Shown here: positions 57,134 to 64,000 of the stretch, piece by piece | Numbering within the stretch: the stretch's first letter is position 1 | How the letters are laid out: each line of letters begins with the position of its first letter | Assembly (NCBI GenBank): GCA_031409275.1 | Contig: JANNXA010000051.1 | Location: forward strand, 288,001 to 352,000 | Length of the DNA stretch: 64,000 bases | Origin: Planctomycetota bacterium | GTDB lineage: Bacteria > Planctomycetota > B15-G4 > SIAN01 | Reading direction: 5' to 3' | Made by a program: the position numbers and the translations under genes | The notes under the pieces: generated by a model | What the model was told of the DNA's origin: nothing | The model's input: the letters and a program-made list of their open reading frames with translations, nothing else | The model's database searches: none

Positions 57134-58131
57134 CCCGTGGAGCCATCCCGCCGCGGAGCACCCGGGCCAGCGCGCTCGTAGGCGTCGACGATGCGCTGCA
57201 CGACCGGATGGCGGACGATGTCGCCGCGCGCCATGCGGACGATGCCGATCCCGTCGACGCCTTCGAGGATGCGCGTCGCCTCGATCAGCCCGCTCTGGTG
57301 GCCCGGCGGGAGATCGATCTGCGTCACGTCGCCGGTCACCACGATCCGGGAGTGGAGCCCCATGCGAGTGAGGAACATCTGCATCTGCTTGGGAGTCGTG
57401 TTCTGCGCCTCATCGAGGATGACGAAGGCGCTCTCGAGCGTGCGGCCGCGCATGTAGGCGAGCGGCGCGATCTCGATCACGTCGTGGTCGATGTAGCGGC
57501 GCACCTGCGGCGCGTCGAGCAGCGCGAAGAGCGCGTCGTAGAGCGGACGCAGGTAGGGATTGACCTTCGCTTCGATGTCCCCCGGCAGGAAGCCGAGCCG
57601 CTCGCCCGCCTCGACGGCGGGACGACACAACACGAGCTTGCGGAAGTTGCCGCGCTTCAGCTCGGCGACGGCGTGCGCGGCGGCGAGGAAGGTCTTGCCG
57701 GTGCCGGCCGGGCCGATGGCGAAGGTGATCGCGTTCTGCTGCATCGCCGCGATGTAGACGTCCTGGCCCTTGGTGCGCCCGTGGACGCCGCTCGGCAGCG
57801 GCCCGCCCCCGCCGCCGCCAACGCCTTGCATCCCGCCGTCACCATTGCGCTCGGGTGCAGCCTCGCGTTCGGTCACGGCGCCCGCTTCGTCGAGGACGCG
57901 GCGCATCCCCTCCTCGGTCAGCTGACCGTCGCGGCGCCAGATGCCAATGGCGCGCTTGATCGCGTGCGTCGCATCCTCGACCGCGCCCGCATCACCGACG
58001 AGCTTCAGCCCCTCGCTGCGCACGACGAGGTCGATGCCGAAACGTTGTCGCAGCCGCCGCAGGTGACGATCGCTGGGACCGAACAGGGCGCGAAGCAGAG
58101 CCTCGTCGCCGATCGGGATCACCTGCTCCAT
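57130..58131 (-). CDS. phoH: PhoH-like ATPase
   Basis: GPAGTGKT, RPAVEAGERLGFLPG, APLAYMRGRTL, LDEAQN, GDVTQIDL. Confidence 0.95.
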   Translation of the reverse strand: MEQVIPIGDEALLRALFGPSDRHLRRLRQRFGIDLVVRSEGLKLVGDAGAVEDATHAIKRAIGIWRRDGQLTEEGMRRVLDEAGAVTEREAAPERNGDGGMQGVGGGGGGPLPSGVHGRTKGQDVYIAAMQQNAITFAIGPAGTGKTFLAAAHAVAELKRGNFRKLVLCRPAVEAGERLGFLPGDIEAKVNPYLRPLYDALFALLDAPQVRRYIDHDVIEIAPLAYMRGRTLESAFVILDEAQNTTPKQMQMFLTRMGLHSRIVVTGDVTQIDLPPGHQSGLIEATRILEGVDGIGIVRMARGDIVRHPVVQRIVDAYERAGPGAPRRDGSTG

Positions 58132-58173
58132 GCGGCGCTGACCACCTCCTCGCCGCGAAAAGGCGGCAAGGGA

Positions 58174-58182
58174 ATGGTAGCA
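58174..58182 (-). promoter_or_regulatory. Putative extended -10 promoter (TGcTACCAT) for phoH-HDIG-ybeY
   Basis: TG-n-TAnnAT ~40 nt upstream of phoH, followed by SD GAGGAGG. Confidence 0.4.
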
Positions 58183-58233
58183 CGCGCGGAACGCGCCGCC
58201 GGTCGCGCGACCACTTCGGCAGCCTCAGCCGGG

Positions 58234-59082
58234 CTAGCCGTCCAGCAATCGCAGGAGCGCGTAGCCCGCCGGGACCGACAGGAACAGCGAATCGACGAGG
58301 TCGAGCGCCCCGCCGAACTCCGGCAGCAGTCGCCCCGAATCCTTCACCCCGGCCGCGCGCTTCCACATCGACTCGAACAGATCACCGACGTGGCCGGCGA
58401 CGAAGAGGACCAGACCGACCGCAAGCCGCTCCCCAAGCGAGAAGCGTCCCGGCGCGAACTGCCCGAGCAGCCAGACGGTGACCAGCAGCGAAGCGACGAT
58501 CCCGCCAAGCGCCCCTTCGATCGTCTTGCCGGGGGAGATGTGAGGGATCAGCTTGTGACGGCCGAGCGACTTCCCGACCAGGTAGGCCCCCATGTCCCCC
58601 GCTTTCGCACCGAGGACGAGAGCGAAGAGCGGGCCGCTGCCAAGTTCGTAGACGACATCGATCATCGTCGCCGACAGCTGCGTGAACAGCAGCACGAGAG
58701 CGACCCCGCCCGCGCGGCGAGCACCGCTCGCCACGTCGCGGTCGCGCAGAAGCACGATCGCGAGCGCGATGACGACGCCGACGAACAGCGCCGCGTTCCA
58801 CGCCTCGGCGCGCGCGAGCTGATGGAAGGCGATGTGGACTCGCCCGAGCAGCAGCAACGCCGCGCCGCCGATCAACGGAGCGCGCGGCAGCGGACAGCCG
58901 GCGCCGGTCAGCATCGTGACGAGCTCGCGCACCGACACCAGCGCGAAGAGGGTCGCCAGCAGCGGAGCCCACAGCGGCCGCGAGCCTGCCGCGACGCGGG
59001 AAGCGTCGAGCCACAGCCCGCCGCCGATCAAAGCGATCAGCAGCGCGCCGAACCCGAGTCGCTTCGCGAGGCGAGCGCTCAA
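58234..59082 (-). CDS. cdsA: Phosphatidate cytidylyltransferase
   Basis: DMGAYLVG, ISPGKTIEG, GDLFESMWKR..GVKDSG..LP.FGG.LD..DS; TTG start overlaps purA stop. Confidence 0.93.
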   Translation of the reverse strand: MSARLAKRLGFGALLIALIGGGLWLDASRVAAGSRPLWAPLLATLFALVSVRELVTMLTGAGCPLPRAPLIGGAALLLLGRVHIAFHQLARAEAWNAALFVGVVIALAIVLLRDRDVASGARRAGGVALVLLFTQLSATMIDVVYELGSGPLFALVLGAKAGDMGAYLVGKSLGRHKLIPHISPGKTIEGALGGIVASLLVTVWLLGQFAPGRFSLGERLAVGLVLFVAGHVGDLFESMWKRAAGVKDSGRLLPEFGGALDLVDSLFLSVPAGYALLRLLDG

Positions 59083-60353
59083 CGGAAGATCGTCTGGTCG
59101 CGCGCCGGGCCCACCGAGAGGATGGTGGCGCGCACCCGCAGGTAGTTCTCGACGAAATCGACGTACTCGCGCGCGGCGAGCGGCAGATCGGCGAAGCGCC
59201 GGATCCCGGTCAGCGGCTCGCTCCAGCCGGCGACCTTCTCGTAGCGCGGCTTCACTCGATCGAGCGGCGTCAGCCCGACCGGGAAGCGGTCGGTCAGCTG
59301 GCCGTCGATCTCGTACGCCGTGCACACCTGCAGCGACTCGTAGCCCGACAGCGTGTCGAGCTTGGTCAGCGCCAGTGAATCGACGCCGTTCACCTGCACC
59401 GCGAAGCGCGCGGCCACGCCGTCGAACCACCCGCATCGGCGCGGTCGACCGGTGGTGGCACCGTACTCCTCGCCCCGTTTGCGCAACGCCTCCGCCTCGG
59501 CGGGCGGCATCTCGGTCGGGAACGGCCCTTCGCCGACGCGAGTCGTGTACGCCTTCGCGACGGCGAGCACCTCGCCGACGCGTTTCGGCGGGATGCCCGT
59601 GCCCGCGGAGATGCCGAGCGCGGAGGAGTTGCTCGAGGTCACGAACGGATAGGTGCCGAAGTCGACGTCGAGCAGGATCCCCTGCGCGCCCTCGATGAAG
59701 ACGTACTGGCCGGCGTCGAGGCAGTCGCGCAACAGGTGGAAGGTGTCGGCGACATAGGGCTTCAGGCGGACGGCGTAAGCGCGGAACTCGGCGAGGATCG
59801 CATCGAAGTCGAGCGTCGGCGCGTGGTAGAGCGCTTCGAGGATGCGATTCTTCTCGATCACGTTGGCCCGCAGCCGCTCGGCGAAGCGCTTCTCGTCGAA
59901 GAGGTCGCCGACGCGCAAACCGGTGCGCGAGATCTTGTCGGCGTAGGCCGGCCCGATGCCGCGGCCGGTGGTGCCGATCTTGGTGCCGCCCTTCACTCCT
60001 TCCGAGGCGCGGTCGAGCGCCTTGTGATACGGGAAGACGAGGTGCGCGGCCGCCGAGACGAAGAGGCGGCCGTCGATGGCGATGCCGCGCTGAGAGAAAC
60101 CGTCGATCTCTTCGAGGAGTTGCCCCGCATCGAGGACGACGCCCGAGGCGATCACGTTGCGTTTGCCGGGGTGGAGGATGCCCGACGGCAGCAGATGGAA
60201 GACGAACTTCTCGGTCCCCACGACGACCGTGTGCCCGGCGTTTGCGCCGCCCTGGTAGCGCACGACGACATCGGCTCGCTCGGCGATCAGGTCGAGGATC
60301 TTCCCCTTGCCTTCATCGCCCCACTGGGCCCCGATCACGCTCAGAACGGGCAT
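59079..60353 (-). CDS. purA: Adenylosuccinate synthetase
   Basis: GAQWGDEGKGK, GGANAGHT, GTTGRGIGPAY, TTRVGEGPFPTE, GATTGRPRRCGW, TKLD. Confidence 0.98.
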   Translation of the reverse strand: MPVLSVIGAQWGDEGKGKILDLIAERADVVVRYQGGANAGHTVVVGTEKFVFHLLPSGILHPGKRNVIASGVVLDAGQLLEEIDGFSQRGIAIDGRLFVSAAAHLVFPYHKALDRASEGVKGGTKIGTTGRGIGPAYADKISRTGLRVGDLFDEKRFAERLRANVIEKNRILEALYHAPTLDFDAILAEFRAYAVRLKPYVADTFHLLRDCLDAGQYVFIEGAQGILLDVDFGTYPFVTSSNSSALGISAGTGIPPKRVGEVLAVAKAYTTRVGEGPFPTEMPPAEAEALRKRGEEYGATTGRPRRCGWFDGVAARFAVQVNGVDSLALTKLDTLSGYESLQVCTAYEIDGQLTDRFPVGLTPLDRVKPRYEKVAGWSEPLTGIRRFADLPLAAREYVDFVENYLRVRATILSVGPARDQTIFR

Positions 60354-60624
60354 CTTGCGTCTTCCCGGCAGAGGCTCGCGACGCCGCGACCGCGATGGGT
60401 CGGGCCGCCACGGGCCAAAAGGGCGGCGATGCTAGGAGCACATCCGCCGTTTTCCATCGGCGAGCCCGCGACCGCCGCGGGGCACGCCACTCGGTCCGGG
60501 CGCCGCCTGAACGCGAACCCTTTTCCATCTGCGGGCCCGAGGGGCCTCCGCATCCCTGCGACGATCAAGCCGCGTCGGCACGCGGTTCGATGGGAGCGGC
60601 AACTCCTTGGATCAAGGTGCTGCC

Positions 60625-61197
60625 ATGGCCGACGATCAACCTCTCCGTCCCGCGAAACCAGCTTTACGATCCACCGCGAAGCCGGTGGCGCCCGCCGCTC
60701 CGAAGCCAACCGCGACCGTCACATCGTCGAAGGCGGCCGCGAAGCCGGCGGCCAACGCGCCACCGGCATCCGCCGACGACGATGATCGTCGGAAGGCGAC
60801 GCGGCTGCGCTCGCGGATGCTCGCCGATGGATTGATCCAATCGAGCACTCAGACCGGCGCCGCGTTCCTCGGCTCCACCGTGAACCTCTCGCTCGGGGGC
60901 GCGCTCGTGCGCACCTATGAGACGCTCGAAGCGGGGATGAAGCTGGCCCTTCACTTCCGCCTGCCGGAAGGCGACCTCGCCGCGGTCGGCGTCGTCCAGC
61001 ACGTCGCGGTCGATCCGATCGGGTGCCGTCTCGCCGGCGTTCGTTTCGACCCGCTGCCCGATGCGAGCCTGACGCTCCTCTCCGCCCACCTCCACAGCGT
61101 GGAGCCCGCGGCGGAGAGCGGAGTCGGTGAGATGGCGAAACTCGGCAACGGGCTGCTGGCCGTTTCCGGCCGCATCCAGGGCGGAAGCGCCAAGTAA
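60625..61197 (+). CDS. PilZ-domain (c-di-GMP-binding) protein
   Basis: Ala/Pro-rich N-terminus; DRRKATR (RxxxR) and NLSLGG (D/NxSxxG), GVRF. Confidence 0.85.
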   Translation: MADDQPLRPAKPALRSTAKPVAPAAPKPTATVTSSKAAAKPAANAPPASADDDDRRKATRLRSRMLADGLIQSSTQTGAAFLGSTVNLSLGGALVRTYETLEAGMKLALHFRLPEGDLAAVGVVQHVAVDPIGCRLAGVRFDPLPDASLTLLSAHLHSVEPAAESGVGEMAKLGNGLLAVSGRIQGGSAK

Positions 61198-61205
61198 CGC
61201 CATCG

Positions 61206-61244
61206 GCCGAGGCAGCGCGCGCTCGAGCGGCGCGCGGCCTCGGC
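61206..61244. terminator. GC hairpin between convergent genes
   Basis: GCCGAGGC-a-GCGCGC...GCGCGC-g-GCCTCGGC inverted repeat. Confidence 0.45.
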
Positions 61245-61254
61245 GTCGAACGGC

Positions 61255-61581
61255 TCACGCGGAGAAGGACTTCCCGCAGCCGCAACCGCCGCTGGCGTTG
61301 GGGTTCTTCACCGTGAAGCCCGACTGGCCGGTCATGCTCTCGACCCAGTCGATCTGCACGCCATTCAGGTAGGGCATGCTCATCGGGTCGATGACCACCT
61401 CGAAGTCACGTAGCGGGGTGACTTCATCGCCCGGCTGCTTCTCGGAGAAGGTAAAGCCGTACTGGAACCCGGAGCAGCCGCCGCCCTGGACGAAGACGCG
61501 CAGCGCCTTGCCCTTGAGCTGCTGATCCTGCTCGATGAATCCCTTGACGGCCTTCTGTGCATTGTCGGAGAGGGTCACCAT
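61255..61581 (-). CDS. A-type Fe-S cluster carrier (HesB/IscA/ErpA family)
   Basis: LRVFVQGGGCSGFQY, NPNASGGCGCGKSF; GGAGG SD upstream. Confidence 0.95.
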   Translation of the reverse strand: MVTLSDNAQKAVKGFIEQDQQLKGKALRVFVQGGGCSGFQYGFTFSEKQPGDEVTPLRDFEVVIDPMSMPYLNGVQIDWVESMTGQSGFTVKNPNASGGCGCGKSFSA

Positions 61582-61664
61582 GAAGGGACCTCCGTCGGGT
61601 TGCGTCGCCGGTCGATCGAAGTCTGCCGTTCGACCTTGCGTCTGGTGGTTTGGATGGCGTCTTT

Positions 61665-63998
61665 CTAGGGACGCGCGGAGGAGCCTGCAAGCGGAGCGGC
61701 CTGGGGCACCGCTCCCGCCTCGGGCGCCCGATTGGCGAGCGGCTCCACCGGGGCGCACGTCCGCTGGATCGCGGTTCGGATCGAGTCGAGGGAAAACGGC
61801 TTGTTCAGCACCGAGTTGCCATCTTGCTGCGCGACGCGCACCACCTCGTTCGACAACGAATCGCCGGTGAGGAAGACCACGCGGCCGCGGTAGTCGGCGC
61901 GCCGCTCGACGAGCTGCTCGTAGAGCTCGGCGCCGCCCTGCCCGGGCATCCGCCAGTCGGAGAAGACGAGGTCGAAGTCCTCGCGCTCCACTTCGGCGAG
62001 CGCGTCGACGACGTTCGTGGCAGTGACCACCGTGTGGCCGTCGCTGCGCAGGAAGCTCTGCATCAGCTCGAGGATGATCGGCTCGTCATCGACGACCAGG
62101 ATCCGCGAGTGGGCGATCGGCAGCGCCTTGGTCGCCTCGGTGATGATCGCCGCGCTCCCGGCGGGCTGCGCGACGATCGGGAGGTCGAACCGGAAGGTCG
62201 TCCCCTCGCCGGGACGACTGGTTGCGGCGAGCGTGCCGCCATGCTCGCGCACGATGCCGTAGCTGAGGGAGAGCCCGAGCCCCGTCCCTTTGCCGACTCC
62301 CTTGGTCGTGAAGAACGGGTCGAAGATGCGGCGCAGCACGTGCTCCGGCATCCCGCAGCCGTTGTCCTCGACTTCGAGCACGAGCCGGCCGCTCTCGCAG
62401 CGCGATCGCAGCTTCACGACGCCGGGTCGTTTGGATTCGCCGATCGCGTGCTGCGCGTTGGTCAGCAGGTTGATCAGGACCTGCTGCAGCTGGAACGAGT
62501 CCATCATCGAGTCGGGCAACGCGGGATCGAGTTCGGTGTCGACGCGCACGTTCGCCAAGCGCATCTGGTAGCCGAGCAGGTCGACGGTCGACTGCACCAC
62601 TTCGTTCAAGTTGGCGCGCACGCGTTCGGCCTGGTGGCGGCGCGCGAACTTGAGCAGACCATCGATGATCCGCTTGCAGCGCTGCGCATGCGTGAAGATG
62701 TGGCGCACCTCCTCCTTCTGCTCTTCGGGGAGGTTCTCGCTCAAGAGGAGCTGCGCGAAGCCGAAGACGGCGGTGAGCGGGTTGTTGAGCTCGTGCGCGA
62801 CGCCCGACACGAGTTCCCCGATCGCGGAGAGCTTCTCGTTCTGCGCCACCTGCGTTTCGAGCCGCTTGAGCTCCGTCACGTCGCGGACCACGACCACGGT
62901 GCCGAGCAGCCGATCGTCGAGCGCGCGGATCGGCGACAACGCCAGCGTGACCACGCGCTCCTGGCCGTCGCGGCCGCGCAGCTTCGATTCGGCATCCCAG
63001 GGCATGAACTCGCGCAGCGCGCGCACGAACGACTCGCGGCCGGCCTCCTCGGCGAACGGCAGCACCTCGCCGTCGATCGGGGTCGGCCCGTCCTGCAGCG
63101 GGCCGAACATCGCCTCGGCGGAGCGATTGCGATGGCGCAGCTCGCCGCGCAGCCCGAGCGTCAGCACCGGATCGACGACGCTGTTCACCACGTCGTGGAG
63201 GAGGCTCGCGCGATCCTCCGACTCGGCATGCGCCGAGACGTCACGGATCTGCTGCAGGAGCTTCCCCGAGAAGCCGCGCGGGCCGAACAGCGGGAACGTC
63301 GTCACCTCGTAGCGCCGCGCGCCGCGTTCGTCGCGGACGAGCTCGAACCGCGGCTTGCGCTTGTTCCACGCCTGCGTGACCGTGCAAGCGGCGCACTCCT
63401 GGTGGCCGAGGTAGGCCTCGCAGCAGGTGCGGCCGAGGATCGTGTCGCCGAACGCCTGGATGGCGGCGCGATTGGCGGCGACCACGCGACGCCCCTCGCC
63501 GATCACCACCAGCGGATCGGGCATCGACTCGAAGAAGCTCTCGAGGTACTCCTCCGAGCTCTCCAACAGGTCGAAGACCTTGCGCCGCTCCATGCGGTCG
63601 ATCGCGAACAGCATCATCACGGTGCCGATCGTCTTCAGCATCAGTTCGGGAACGACGTCGGAGTGGAACAGGCCGAGCAGGCAGCCGCCGGCGCCGGCCA
63701 GCAGCAGCACCGAACCGAGCAGAAGGAGCGGGTGGTTCGAATCGAGCGTCCGCGCCCGGACTCGCTGTACCGCGAAGCTGATGATGCCGGCGACGGTGAT
63801 GATGTTCAGCGTCACCTCGGCGAGACGCGCGTGGTGCTGCGCGAAGAGGCTCTCGAACGCGAGCCCCGCGAGGAACATCAGCGGCAGCGAGATCGCGCTC
63901 CAGCCGTCGTGTTCAGGACGCAGCAGCGGCCGCAGTCGGCCCGGGTGGGCGCGCAGCTTCAGCGCGATCTCGTGGCCTTGTTCGGTGGTTCGCGCGCG
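61665..63998 (-). CDS. Partial (5'-truncated) membrane-bound PAS-PAS hybrid histidine kinase with receiver domain
   Basis: Frame open to the window edge; TMs, two PAS, GVAHELNNPL, NLLTNA, DNGCG, FFTTKGVGKGTGLGL, VVDDE...SDWRMP...KP. Confidence 0.95.
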   Translation of the reverse strand, partial: RARTTEQGHEIALKLRAHPGRLRPLLRPEHDGWSAISLPLMFLAGLAFESLFAQHHARLAEVTLNIITVAGIISFAVQRVRARTLDSNHPLLLLGSVLLLAGAGGCLLGLFHSDVVPELMLKTIGTVMMLFAIDRMERRKVFDLLESSEEYLESFFESMPDPLVVIGEGRRVVAANRAAIQAFGDTILGRTCCEAYLGHQECAACTVTQAWNKRKPRFELVRDERGARRYEVTTFPLFGPRGFSGKLLQQIRDVSAHAESEDRASLLHDVVNSVVDPVLTLGLRGELRHRNRSAEAMFGPLQDGPTPIDGEVLPFAEEAGRESFVRALREFMPWDAESKLRGRDGQERVVTLALSPIRALDDRLLGTVVVVRDVTELKRLETQVAQNEKLSAIGELVSGVAHELNNPLTAVFGFAQLLLSENLPEEQKEEVRHIFTHAQRCKRIIDGLLKFARRHQAERVRANLNEVVQSTVDLLGYQMRLANVRVDTELDPALPDSMMDSFQLQQVLINLLTNAQHAIGESKRPGVVKLRSRCESGRLVLEVEDNGCGMPEHVLRRIFDPFFTTKGVGKGTGLGLSLSYGIVREHGGTLAATSRPGEGTTFRFDLPIVAQPAGSAAIITEATKALPIAHSRILVVDDEPIILELMQSFLRSDGHTVVTATNVVDALAEVEREDFDLVFSDWRMPGQGGAELYEQLVERRADYRGRVVFLTGDSLSNEVVRVAQQDGNSVLNKPFSLDSIRTAIQRTCAPVEPLANRAPEAGAVPQAAPLAGSSARP

Positions 63999-64000
63999 GT

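Noticed and set aside
60354..60560. Purine or ZTP riboswitch upstream of purA; repeated TTTTCCATC
   Set aside because: No recognisable riboswitch consensus; two 9-mers are too little evidence.

Overview
Very GC-rich (~70% by eye) bacterial chromosome segment, probably Planctomycetota (inferred from the purA-cdsA-phoH-HDIG-ybeY order, the FliA N-terminus, a bL37-like peptide and many sulfatase-fold genes). No mobile element, CRISPR array, tRNA or rRNA was recognised. From left to right: a partial SGNH-type membrane protein; a sulfatase-fold gene; a small motility locus (possible flagellar-brake protein, flbD, motA, motB); an ~18 kb envelope-modification cluster (four sulfatase-fold proteins, two GT-C-like membrane proteins, GT4, two GT2s, FAD oxidoreductase, radical SAM/SPASM enzyme, two small paralogous membrane proteins); a MacAB-TolC-type exporter; then housekeeping and regulatory genes (CPBP protease, gamma-CA, CDF, hflKC, M14 peptidase, LOG, YfhO-like, tgt, sigma-54 activator, polyferredoxin, merR-like/fliA/lysA, ggt, PncB-like, ybeY, HDIG, phoH, cdsA, purA, PilZ, IscA/ErpA, hybrid kinase). 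Three notable elements are missing from the ORF track: a SelW/Rdx selenoprotein with an in-frame UGA and SECIS hairpin (30519-30755), a 34-aa bL37-like ribosomal protein (43019-43123) and a ~155-nt self-complementary intergenic RNA candidate (35229-35383). All six 'sulfatases' have Thr-x-[P/S]-x-His in place of the Cys/Ser-x-P-x-Arg formylglycine motif, so they may be transferases in an uncharacterised surface-glycoconjugate decoration system. All calls come from manual motif reading; no searches were run.
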